A stretch of 30,742 nt of DNA. Origin: an uncultured Candidatus Peribacteria bacterium (GTDB lineage Bacteria > Patescibacteriota > Gracilibacteria > Peribacterales > Peribacteraceae). The notes under the pieces were generated by a model, which was not told the origin of the DNA, ran no database searches, and worked only from the letters and a program-made list of their open reading frames with translations. The translations under genes were made by a program, and so were the position numbers. The DNA lies in the NCBI GenBank assembly GCA_964428105.1, contig CAYRWT010000001.1:1-30742 (forward strand), read 5' to 3'. Shown one piece after another: positions 1-8,340 of the stretch (positions are counted from its first letter, which is position 1; each line of letters opens with the position of its first letter).

Positions 1-600
1 GAAACGGTCGTTCTTACGCTTGGTGCAAATGTCACATTTGAACAAGCACAGAAGATTGTTGCAGCGAAGGCACTGCGCTATGACAAAACTGGCGAAGATC
101 ACTACGATACGGTCTCTGCATTCATCAAATCCATGCGTGGGAGTGACGCGGATGCCGCACTACTCTGGATGTGGAAGATGCTCAAAAGTGGAGAAGATCC
201 GCGGCTTGTCTTCCGTCGTATGATGATTTTTGCCAGTGAAGATATCGGTCCTGCTGACCTTCTTGCGTTGCAAATTGTCGTCGCTGCGTTTCAGGCGTAC
301 GAGATGGTGGGCTTACCAGAAGGAGAGTATTTCCTCGCGCATGCCTGTACGTATCTGAGTTCAGCAAAGAAAAGTAATGCAGTAAAGCGTGCGATGGAGT
401 CCTCGAAGGCAGCCATAGAATCTGCAGCGTCTCTCGAAGTGCCATACCATTTACGTAATGCGCCGGTTGCTGCCATGCGTGATCGACATGAATATGGCAA
501 AAATTACAAATACCCTCATGATTTTGCTGATGCCAAACTCGAGGAACATTACTTCCCAATTGGTGTTCAAAAGCCGAGTGAACCATTTTGGAATCCGTAA
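1..600 (+). CDS. rarA: Replication-associated recombination protein A (RarA/MgsA AAA+ ATPase), 3' part only; the gene starts before the window
   Basis: Frame 1 is open from base 1 (ETVVLTLGANVTFEQAQKIVAAKALRYDKTGEDHYDTVSAFIKSMRGSDADAA...GEDP...FASEDIG...GLPEG...KSN...VPYHLRNAP...YKYPHD), matching RarA C-terminal signatures. Stop TAA at 598-600. Confidence 0.93.
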   Translation, partial: ETVVLTLGANVTFEQAQKIVAAKALRYDKTGEDHYDTVSAFIKSMRGSDADAALLWMWKMLKSGEDPRLVFRRMMIFASEDIGPADLLALQIVVAAFQAYEMVGLPEGEYFLAHACTYLSSAKKSNAVKRAMESSKAAIESAASLEVPYHLRNAPVAAMRDRHEYGKNYKYPHDFADAKLEEHYFPIGVQKPSEPFWNP

Positions 601-653
601 ATACGGAAATCATCTCACGATATCTGCTCTTACTGATGTCAATTTTATGAATA

Positions 654-682
654 TTGCATAAATACTATAAATGTTATATAAT
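654..682 (+). promoter_or_regulatory. Sigma70-type promoter TTGCAT-N17-TATAAT for the gene at 721
   Basis: TTGCAT at 654-659, 17-nt spacer, TATAAT at 677-682, in an AT-rich intergenic region 38 nt before the ATG. Confidence 0.7.
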
Positions 683-720
683 AATACTACGTCAATTACT
701 CATACCCATATCAATCCCTT

Positions 721-1317
721 ATGCTTACTCTCTCTCGTGCTACCACTTGGCTGAAAGACATCGCTCGTGATCACGATGAAATCCCAGCATTTCATGCGAC
801 ATATTTAGTTCTTTCCTTCGTCGTTGCTGCGATTTTTAGCTTAGGGTATTTCGCTATTTTGATTGGTGTGCACATGGCACTCGACTTCGTAAAGTATCGT
901 GATGTGTACAAATACAATATGTCATTAACATTGAAAGGTGTTCTACTCGAAAGTCTCTTCGATATCGTGCTCTTTATGGTTGCCCTTGTTTTTGCTATTT
1001 ATTTCCATCACACGTTTGCACTGACAGCGGTGAGTGGTCTTGCAAGGGCGGAGCTGACGATGATTCGTGCATTTGGAACGATTGTCCCAAAAATCGAAAT
1101 TTTCCAGCATGTGTTCTGGGTTTTTGCACACTTAGATACCTATCTTCACAATAAGAGCGCATCGAATCTCGCTAAACCTTTTACTTCAGGGCAGCGTTGG
1201 TGTCTCTACATTATTGCTTCTTGCAGCGTACTTATCGCTCTAGCATTCGCAATTTCGTACCAGAATATTGGCTTGCTACTCGCAATTTTTAGCAAAGAGT
1301 TCTCACTCGCCCTCTAG
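721..1317 (+). CDS. Hypothetical integral membrane protein (198 aa, several hydrophobic helices)
   Basis: Long ORF with several hydrophobic segments and its own consensus promoter. No family recognised. Confidence 0.8.
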   Translation: MLTLSRATTWLKDIARDHDEIPAFHATYLVLSFVVAAIFSLGYFAILIGVHMALDFVKYRDVYKYNMSLTLKGVLLESLFDIVLFMVALVFAIYFHHTFALTAVSGLARAELTMIRAFGTIVPKIEIFQHVFWVFAHLDTYLHNKSASNLAKPFTSGQRWCLYIIASCSVLIALAFAISYQNIGLLLAIFSKEFSLAL

Positions 1318-2336
1318 AGCTTTGGTGTTCCGGTAGGGTATAGCTCTTGTTCGATGGTTTTCATTGCCGCATGCCATTGCTGAAAGAATTTCTTTGATGC
1401 TGCGTTATGTTCGTCGGAGCCATAGCGTTTCTCTATATCAGAAAAACGCTCCTCAAGACTCACTATTTTCTCAAATGTTACACGTTTGTCGCTATATGCT
1501 AAGAGTTTCTGTTCAGTTGTTAGAGGAAGTGGTGATGGCAAACCCTCTTTTGCGCCATGAGTTGCAATAATACTCCCGATCTCACTAAATCCTCGCTCTA
1601 TGAGAAACCGTTCCGCAGCAGTTTCGTGTGGTGTCCCGTATCTTTCCTTGAGCATTGACCATATTCTTTTTTGTTCTTTTGTTGGCTGTACATAGCGATC
1701 ATCATCGAAGGATTTGAAATCGACAAATCGTAGCAGATCATGGAGCTTTGCAGCGGCAATGAGTGCATTTTTCCTTACAATGATACCACGACTGATACAG
1801 TCATTTGCAAGAATACCTGCCACCATAGCGACTGTTTCTGCATGGCGCTGAATATGCGCAGGCAGAGATACTTCCTTGATCCATTCCTTGATTTTTTGTT
1901 CTTCTGGAATAGCAATATCGCGAAATTCAATTCGTATCTCTCGTTGAGATTTTTCTTGTATTGTTGGCTGTAAATGTACAAATATTCCCGGTTCAGAGAA
2001 GAGTTCAGGTGCACGTTCTGGCCACTCAATGATTGTGAAACAATTTCTATCCTCTAGCTGCTGTATGAATTTTTTCGCTTCTGTTTCTTGTAAACGATAG
2101 AGATCGATATGTCGTACATTGGGATATTCATTGCAGAGGGTAAATGTCGGACTTGGAATCAGTGTAGAAATGCCTATGGCATGAGCAAAACCCTGTGTAA
2201 ATGTTGTTTTCCCTGCCCCGAGTTCACCCTGGAGAAGTATGGTGGTATTTTTTCTATAGAGAGATAGCGCAAGAGAGGCAGCGATTTTGGCTGTTTCTTG
2301 AGGATTCCTGAGGGTAAATTGTAACATTTCGATCAT
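1314..2336 (-). CDS. tsaE: TsaE (YjeE) t6A-biosynthesis ATPase fused to a C-terminal HD-superfamily phosphohydrolase domain (start 2336 or 2327)
   Basis: N-half: LQGELGAGKTT (Walker A), SPTFTL, HIDLYRL, IEW. C-half: H(AETVA)...LHD...PH...THG...YSDKRV...SLEERF, an H-HD-H-H-D pattern. Confidence 0.88.
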   Translation of the reverse strand: MIEMLQFTLRNPQETAKIAASLALSLYRKNTTILLQGELGAGKTTFTQGFAHAIGISTLIPSPTFTLCNEYPNVRHIDLYRLQETEAKKFIQQLEDRNCFTIIEWPERAPELFSEPGIFVHLQPTIQEKSQREIRIEFRDIAIPEEQKIKEWIKEVSLPAHIQRHAETVAMVAGILANDCISRGIIVRKNALIAAAKLHDLLRFVDFKSFDDDRYVQPTKEQKRIWSMLKERYGTPHETAAERFLIERGFSEIGSIIATHGAKEGLPSPLPLTTEQKLLAYSDKRVTFEKIVSLEERFSDIEKRYGSDEHNAASKKFFQQWHAAMKTIEQELYPTGTPKL

Positions 2337-2364
2337 TGACTATTTTGATAAAAAGTAATATAAT
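2336..2364 (+). promoter_or_regulatory. Near-consensus sigma70 promoter TTGACT-N17-TATAAT for the M23 peptidase gene
   Basis: TTGACT at 2336-2341, 17-nt spacer, TATAAT at 2359-2364, in the AT-rich divergent intergenic region. Confidence 0.75.
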
Positions 2365-2430
2365 AATATTATTAACTAATAAATTAATAAAAAAGTCTAA
2401 AAATCTATATCCATTCTACATCCTTCGCTC

Positions 2431-3837
2431 ATGGCGCTCCAGCGCGCAAATTTCAGTAAGCGGCCCGTCTACAAACCACGACAAGTGAGCCCGATGGTGT
2501 TTGCGCGAGAACGTGTTTCTTTCATCATCGCTTCGTTTACGTTACTTTCTTTTGTTATCGGTAACATGGTAGGACAACATGGTGTGTATGCATTCTGGAG
2601 GTCTGTGATGGGGAAAGGTGATGACTCAGTAATTGTCTTCACTGGAACGGTATCTCCAATTGCCCTTGTTCCAGATTACAGTCGTTGGAGTGGTGTGGGG
2701 ATAAAAGATGCAACATTCCGTCAGGTCCCACGAGACTTACTTGTCGAGTTGCCACACTATGATGCGAAAGTACTTTCTCATCGTGAGAATCATCTTCGTG
2801 ATGTGTATTCCGTAGGAAATCTTGGCAGCTATGCAACTGGCGAAGATCATGGCGGTAGCCACATTGGAGTGGATATTCGTACTCCAATCGGCACACCAGT
2901 ACGCTCTATCGCAAATGGTGTAGTAGAGAAAGTTGTCTCTCAAGAACATGGGTATGGTAACTACGTCGTTATTCGTCATCCAAATATGCCGGATCCTTCT
3001 GTAGCTGGAAATACGACTACACTCTACTCTGCCTATGCTCACCTCGATGTATCGATTGTGAGTGTTGGACAAGTTGTTTCTCGTGGTGAGCAAATCGGTA
3101 CTTCGGGTAAGACAGGATTTGCAGCAGGTCCTCATCTTCATTTCCAGATCGACTTAGATACTGCTCCATTCCATCCATACTGGGCATTTACGAGTACAGA
3201 GATGCGCAGTGCTGGTTTGGACTTCGTTGGCGCGATCAATGCAGGACTTGGAAAAGAGCGTGGAGAAGTCTTTACAACAAGCCCACTTGTCTATGTACAG
3301 CAATATAAGGATTTTGTACCTTCGACACTTGTTGCTCAAAACAATAGTAGTGCTGCTTCTGATCGTGTTTCGGCAAGAAGTTCTTCTCGTGCATCCAGTC
3401 TTGCAGCGCGTCGTGAAAATGCAGTGGTCGCAAAAGTTGTAACAAGTAGCAGTGCATCTTCTTCATCTTCGTCCTCTTCTTCGTCTTCATCATCGGTAGC
3501 ATCGCTACAACAATTTCCGATCGTTGTGAGCGGGAGATCGGATGTCTCATCACTCAAAATTGAGTCCATAAGCAAAGTTGCACGTGGTTGGCAGAAACTT
3601 CGTATTACAGCACTCGATGCTGCTGGCTCTGTTGTTACGAATCCAACATTTGCAGGTCGTCTCTATGTTGTTTCTCAATTTGGCGATGCAGAAATTCGCC
3701 CTCGTGAACTCTCTGCGTTGGACTTCGTAGGAGGAGTCGCAACGGTCAACGTTCTTCCGAAGGGCAAGAAAACACTTCTTATTAGCACAAAGGGAGCGAT
3801 AGAGTCAGTCAGTGGTCCGATCGTTGTTCAGAAGTAG
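2431..3837 (+). CDS. Membrane-anchored M23-family zinc peptidase (peptidoglycan endopeptidase-like) with Ser-rich linker and C-terminal beta-rich domain
   Basis: N-terminal hydrophobic helix, HIGVD (HxxxD), GYGNYVVIRH, YAHL, GTSGKTG, GPHLHF (HxH), then a poly-Ser linker. Confidence 0.88.
   Translation: MALQRANFSKRPVYKPRQVSPMVFARERVSFIIASFTLLSFVIGNMVGQHGVYAFWRSVMGKGDDSVIVFTGTVSPIALVPDYSRWSGVGIKDATFRQVPRDLLVELPHYDAKVLSHRENHLRDVYSVGNLGSYATGEDHGGSHIGVDIRTPIGTPVRSIANGVVEKVVSQEHGYGNYVVIRHPNMPDPSVAGNTTTLYSAYAHLDVSIVSVGQVVSRGEQIGTSGKTGFAAGPHLHFQIDLDTAPFHPYWAFTSTEMRSAGLDFVGAINAGLGKERGEVFTTSPLVYVQQYKDFVPSTLVAQNNSSAASDRVSARSSSRASSLAARRENAVVAKVVTSSSASSSSSSSSSSSSSVASLQQFPIVVSGRSDVSSLKIESISKVARGWQKLRITALDAAGSVVTNPTFAGRLYVVSQFGDAEIRPRELSALDFVGGVATVNVLPKGKKTLLISTKGAIESVSGPIVVQK
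3457..3495 (+). repeat. Low-complexity TCN-codon tract encoding 13 consecutive serines
   Basis: tct tct tca tct tcg tcc tct tct tcg tct tca tca tcg, in frame within the M23 gene. Confidence 0.85.
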
Positions 3838-3842
3838 TAAAT

Positions 3843-4889
3843 TTATAGAGATTTTTTCATTCGCATCCTACTACGAACATATTGTAAGAATACGATTAGT
3901 ATAACTCCAAGAATCGCCTTTTCTAGTGTTGTTGCAAAGAGCGCAAGTGAGCCGAAAATTCCTCCGATTGTGACAGAGAAGAGCACGATCATTGTAGGGT
4001 GCCATCCGCGCGAACATAAAAGATCATGAAGGTGATCGTGCCTTCCTTTGAGAGGAGAATGACGATGGATGATTCGTTCGATGGTGACAAGGAGTGCATC
4101 GACGATTGGTACACCGAGAGCGAGGAAGACCGTTGCGACTTTTCCTCCTTGTAAGATCCCTAGGACGCCAAGCATGAGTCCAAAGAACATCGCACCAGTA
4201 TCACCAAGTAGTACACGTCGATAGGGGAGCTCAAAGAATATGCATGCAATCGCGCACGCTGCGAGGATAAATGCAATCATTGCAATGTCTGGTTGCTGAT
4301 TGCGTAGGAGGGCAAGTAATCCGATGAGAAGAAATCCAATAGAGGAAATAGCACTTGTATTTCCAGGAATGCCATCAGACCAATTCAACGCATTGATTGT
4401 CAGCAAGATCCATCCAATAGTAAAAAATGCACTGAGGAGTGGTAGTGGACCGATGCCTGGCAAGAGAAAATCTATGCTATCAAGTTTGAGAATACCTCCG
4501 AGTGGATTTGTAATTGTAAAAATATGTGTGCCACTAACGAAAATAATAAGGGCACTAAGAGTATGTAGAAAAAGCCGAAGCCAAGCGGGGAGGGGAGTGC
4601 GATCATCGATGAACGATGTGCATCCGAGAAGTAGTATCCCAAGAAGTAGGCCAAGAGTTTGTAGGTTGCTCGGAAGAATAATTCCTATGAATATACTTGC
4701 GACAATAAGGGGAATAATGCCAGTAGGGTAGGGGAGCCGAGGACGCGAGAGTCCATAGCGCTGCGGGAAATCGAGTAAATTCAACTTTGGAAATATTTTA
4801 CAGCTCATAGCGAGCAGAATGATCGTTGTGCTAAGCCCGAGAAGAGGGAGAAAGAGGAATTTCATTACTGGCAGAGAAGGTATCTCCAT
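3843..4889 (-). CDS. MraY-family (GT4) polyprenyl-phosphate HexNAc-1-phosphate transferase, WecA/TagO-like (start may be 4865)
   Basis: Polytopic membrane protein with IDD, NALNWSDG, LGDTGA and HDHLHDLL motifs. Confidence 0.85.
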   Translation of the reverse strand: MEIPSLPVMKFLFLPLLGLSTTIILLAMSCKIFPKLNLLDFPQRYGLSRPRLPYPTGIIPLIVASIFIGIILPSNLQTLGLLLGILLLGCTSFIDDRTPLPAWLRLFLHTLSALIIFVSGTHIFTITNPLGGILKLDSIDFLLPGIGPLPLLSAFFTIGWILLTINALNWSDGIPGNTSAISSIGFLLIGLLALLRNQQPDIAMIAFILAACAIACIFFELPYRRVLLGDTGAMFFGLMLGVLGILQGGKVATVFLALGVPIVDALLVTIERIIHRHSPLKGRHDHLHDLLCSRGWHPTMIVLFSVTIGGIFGSLALFATTLEKAILGVILIVFLQYVRSRMRMKKSL

Positions 4890-4903
4890 CGTAGGATAGG
4901 AAT

Positions 4904-5287
4904 GTGTTGGAGCGTACAGTCATCGGCTGCATCGGGACTCCAGATGACGGAGGACATCATACCTGTAGAAAGTTTTGGAATGCGATATTTTCTCAGCAGA
5001 ATATTTCTGCCACATTTGAAATTTACCCACTGACGTTAGCAAAAGATGTGCAATTGCGCCTTGCCGAGATGGAGCTCCATGCACGCCGAGCGTACATCCT
5101 CCATGGTACAGAATTACAGCGTTTAATCCTTCCATTCCTTGATCGGATTGATGCTCATGCTCAGCAAGAGCAGCGAGTTGATACTGTCCTCAATAATTCT
5201 GGGGTTCTTGTTGGCTACGCGTTAGAGACAAATGATGATCGCTATGCTGTTACTCCTCGTTTTGCACATTGGTTTCCTCGTAAGTGA
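4904..5287 (+). CDS. Stand-alone, degenerate shikimate-dehydrogenase (AroE) substrate-binding-domain-like protein (127 aa, GTG start)
   Basis: The layout IGCIGTP...NAIF...ATFEIY...LPFLDRIDAHAQQEQRVDTVLNNSGVLVGY parallels the AroE N-domain (LD.l...A..igAVNTi...g.l.GYNTD). Catalytic motifs and the Rossmann domain are absent. Confidence 0.6.
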   Translation: MLERTVIGCIGTPDDGGHHTCRKFWNAIFSQQNISATFEIYPLTLAKDVQLRLAEMELHARRAYILHGTELQRLILPFLDRIDAHAQQEQRVDTVLNNSGVLVGYALETNDDRYAVTPRFAHWFPRK

Positions 5288-5342
5288 TATTGCAAGATGA
5301 TCAACTTAGTTTGAAAGTGATTGCGCTTCTCTTTATCCTGCA

Positions 5343-5348
5343 TAGAAT
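5343..5348 (+). promoter_or_regulatory. -10 box TAGAAT 6 nt before the pgk ATG (putative leaderless promoter); TTGCGC at 5321-5326 is a possible -35
   Basis: TAGAAT-gattgt-ATG; the same geometry recurs at many genes in the window. Confidence 0.6.
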
Positions 5349-5354
5349 GATTGT

Positions 5355-6566
5355 ATGAAGAAGCTCTATCGCACGCTTGATTCTGCAAATTTCCAAGAAA
5401 AAAGAGTGTTTCTACGAGCGGGGTTTGATGTTCCAATCGAAGATGGCAAGGTTCTTGATCGTACGCGCATCGAAGCAATTATTCCTACGATGCGTGCAGT
5501 TCTCGATGCTGGAGGAATCTTGGTTCTTGCTGCACATCAAGGAAGGCCAAAAGACGCTCCAGATTCGGCATTTTCTCAGCAACCACTTGTTCCAGTGCTC
5601 AAGGAATTACTCGGATGTCCTGTGCATTTTGCCCATGACTGTATCGGTCCTGGAGCTGCAAAAGTTATCCAGCATGCAAAGCCAGGAGAAGTCGTACTGC
5701 TAGAAAATTTACGTTTCTATCCTGGCGAAAAAAAGAATGATACTTCGTTTGCAAAAGCATTAGCTTCTCTGGCTGATGTCTATGTGAATGATGCGTTTAC
5801 AAATTGCCATCGTGAACATGCAAGTATGGTAGGAGTTGCTAAGCTCCTTCCTGCGTTTATGGGGAAAAATCTTGAGCGTGAAATTCTTGAACTTGATCGC
5901 ATCGTGCATCATCCTGAGCATCCACTGACACTCATCGTTGCAGGATCGAAGATGGAGACAAAGGTGCCAGTGATTCAGCGTTTTCTAAAAAAAGGAGATC
6001 ATGTTCTCGTCGGAGGCTGCATCGCCAATACATTCATTGCCGCTCGAGGATTTTCTGTTGGTGATTCTAAATATGATGAAAACGAAGTTCCTCTTGCACA
6101 GAAGTTTATGTTGGAAAGCTCGAAAAATGGGAGAGCAAAAATTCATGTTCCTCCAGATGTTGTGTGTGCAGATGAGCTCAGTGAAACGGCACAGAAAGTT
6201 GATTTGCCGGTTGAGGATATCGAGGGCGATATGAAGATATTTGATATTGGAAAAGTAACAATCAAGAGATACTGCGAGATTATCGAAAGCTCAAAGATGA
6301 TTGTATGGAATGGTCCACTTGGCGTGTATGAATACAACCGTTTCTCTCACTCCTCGAAGCGCATTGCCGAGGCGATTGTGCGTGCGACCAGTGCAGGAGC
6401 TCGCAGTATCATCGGAGGAGGGGATACGATCGATTTCCACCTTCGATACAAATATCCGCTTTCGAAATACTCTTTCGTAAGTATGGGTGGTGGGGCGATG
6501 CTTGAGTACATCGCAGGGACACATTTCGCTGCGCTGAAAGTTTTAGAAGCAAAACATCGTCGTTAA
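5355..6566 (+). CDS. pgk: Phosphoglycerate kinase (divergent substrate-binding motifs)
   Basis: KRVFLRAGFDVP, HQGRP, LLENLRF, YVNDAF, WNGPLGVYE, GGGDT, SMGGGA; 403 aa. Confidence 0.93.
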   Translation: MKKLYRTLDSANFQEKRVFLRAGFDVPIEDGKVLDRTRIEAIIPTMRAVLDAGGILVLAAHQGRPKDAPDSAFSQQPLVPVLKELLGCPVHFAHDCIGPGAAKVIQHAKPGEVVLLENLRFYPGEKKNDTSFAKALASLADVYVNDAFTNCHREHASMVGVAKLLPAFMGKNLEREILELDRIVHHPEHPLTLIVAGSKMETKVPVIQRFLKKGDHVLVGGCIANTFIAARGFSVGDSKYDENEVPLAQKFMLESSKNGRAKIHVPPDVVCADELSETAQKVDLPVEDIEGDMKIFDIGKVTIKRYCEIIESSKMIVWNGPLGVYEYNRFSHSSKRIAEAIVRATSAGARSIIGGGDTIDFHLRYKYPLSKYSFVSMGGGAMLEYIAGTHFAALKVLEAKHRR

Positions 6567-6633
6567 AATATAGAACACCATTCATCATTCCATCCCTTCT
6601 GCTTCATCAAAAGATCGGGCATACTCTGCTTCC

Positions 6634-8250
6634 GTGGGATCTGCGCTACACTCCATCGTTGTTCTGCTTGTAGACAAGAGCAAAAAACTTGAGGAAATAG
6701 TGTCTGAAATTCGCTCTACAAGTGGCCCTCTCGTGCTTGTTGTGTCTCCAGAAGGATTTTCTGATACAGATGACAACGCTCTTCGAGAGGCGTTCAGTGG
6801 ACTACGATCTCTCAATCAAGATCGTCAACTATTCTTGGCAACGAAGCATCTCCCTCTCATTGCTATCGCTTCTGAAACTGGATGGCAAACGCTTCGTACT
6901 CTCAAAGATCTGAGGTTTGTATTACGAGGACATCCATTGTTATCCCAAGCATCACGAACCTTAAGTCCCTCTCTCTGGCGACAGGGAATTCGTTCGAAAT
7001 TACAAGCTGTTGGCGTTCTTTCTCTACCAAGGCTTCGTATTTGGTTATTATTCCTCGGAAGCTTCATTATCTTCTTCTTCGTTGTTTGGAGGATTTTACC
7101 ATCTGCACGCATCATCATTTGGCCGAAAATGGAGGTGGAAAGTTTTACCACAAATGTCTTCCTTGTTGCTTCTGGAAGTATCGTCCCTTCCTCTTCTGAG
7201 CGTGTAAGAGTTTTGCCGTTATATCCTCTCACGGTAGAGGTGGAACGCACACTGACCTTTGATCAGGTGAGTAAAACATTTACAGGGAAGAACGCTCAAA
7301 TGACACTGACAGTACAGAATGATAGTGATGAACCATATTCTTTTCGTAAAGGTACGAGATTTACAAACCAAGCTGGTATGCAGTTTCGTATAACAACAGA
7401 TGTGGTCATTGATCCAAAAACTTCCATAGATGTTCTGGCAATTGCAGATCCTCTTGATCAGTATGGAGAAGTAGTAGGGGAACGAGGAAATGTCCCTAAA
7501 GATATTCGTTGGGATATACCGGGGCTTTCTCTTCCAGAACGTCGTCTTGTGTATGCACGCAATAGTGCTCCAGCACAAGGGGGGACTACTGCGTATATGA
7601 ATGTACTCAAAGCGGAAGATATTGATTTGGCTCGTAAAAAACTTGAACAAGACCTTATTGTTGTTGCGCGTCAGTTATCGGATGAAGAACGCATCACCCG
7701 CAATGCGCTTTCTGGGAGTTTTCTTGTGGAACTGCAGTACGATGATTTGACAAAAATTCAATATCACGACATTGACCTCCCTACTTCATTCATCGGGAAA
7801 AATGTAAATTCTATACCGGTTCGTGGTGGCATAAAGTACACCGTCTTGCTCTACGATGACCAAAAACTGATGGATCTTATGATTGAAGAAATTCGTCATC
7901 GCATACCTCAGGGTAAACTCATCGTTGATTCCTCACTCAATCGCAATAATCTGCATCTTCACGTTATTCCCCCATGGGATGATGATTTTGCTTGGGTGAA
8001 AATTACTGCAGACTTCAACTATCAACAGCGTTTTGTTCTGAGTCCTATTACACCAGAAGGTGCTCTCTTCGCTCGTGAGATTCGTGAAAGCGTCATTGGG
8101 AAGACGGTACAGGATGCACTGCGTGTCGTTCGTAACCTTCCAGAAGTAGCACGTGCAGAAATTCGTCTTTGGCCTCCATGGTCCAATTCCGTTCCGGCAC
8201 TTCCCGAAAGTATTATCGTCACTGAGGTGACAGACGATACTAATGAATAG
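6634..8250 (+). CDS. Membrane-anchored baseplate-J/gp47-like protein (solo gene, CPR type)
   Basis: One TM helix (IWLLFLGSFIIFFFVVW), then A.MTLTVQN...GTRF...GMQF...V.A.A...G..GNV...GL...GG and a C-terminal IGKT...LPEV...I.LWP.W. Recalled pattern of baseplate-J-like proteins; needs HMM confirmation. Confidence 0.6.
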   Translation: MGSALHSIVVLLVDKSKKLEEIVSEIRSTSGPLVLVVSPEGFSDTDDNALREAFSGLRSLNQDRQLFLATKHLPLIAIASETGWQTLRTLKDLRFVLRGHPLLSQASRTLSPSLWRQGIRSKLQAVGVLSLPRLRIWLLFLGSFIIFFFVVWRILPSARIIIWPKMEVESFTTNVFLVASGSIVPSSSERVRVLPLYPLTVEVERTLTFDQVSKTFTGKNAQMTLTVQNDSDEPYSFRKGTRFTNQAGMQFRITTDVVIDPKTSIDVLAIADPLDQYGEVVGERGNVPKDIRWDIPGLSLPERRLVYARNSAPAQGGTTAYMNVLKAEDIDLARKKLEQDLIVVARQLSDEERITRNALSGSFLVELQYDDLTKIQYHDIDLPTSFIGKNVNSIPVRGGIKYTVLLYDDQKLMDLMIEEIRHRIPQGKLIVDSSLNRNNLHLHVIPPWDDDFAWVKITADFNYQQRFVLSPITPEGALFAREIRESVIGKTVQDALRVVRNLPEVARAEIRLWPPWSNSVPALPESIIVTEVTDDTNE

Positions 8251-8261
8251 AACTCATTCTA

Positions 8262-8293
8262 GAATGATGTACAAGATACATTGTGCATCATTC
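8262..8293 (+). terminator. 13-bp stem-loop after the baseplate-J-like gene (candidate terminator between convergent genes)
   Basis: GAATGATGTACAA-gataca-TTGTGCATCATTC: 12 Watson-Crick pairs and one G.U pair that forms only on the + strand. No strong U tail. Confidence 0.55.
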
Positions 8294-8300
8294 AATAAAC

Positions 8301-8320
8301 ACAGGGAAAGACTCCCCCGT
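8301..8320 (-). terminator. Candidate intrinsic terminator of tyrS
   Basis: Minus strand ACGGGGGA-GTCT-TTCCCTGT followed by GTTTATT; the G.U pairs form only on the tyrS strand. Confidence 0.55.
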
Positions 8321-8340
8321 TTCAATCTTCAGTATTCAAG

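Noticed and set aside
586-661. Frameshift extending the RarA C-terminus
   Set aside because: The alternative frames after FWNP give no convincing RarA-like sequence and run into the next promoter; a naturally short tail is simpler.
2341-2400. AT-rich tract with palindrome TAATAATATTATTA as an origin of replication or operator
   Set aside because: No DnaA boxes were seen; the palindrome is expected by chance in near-pure A/T sequence, and a promoter explains the region.
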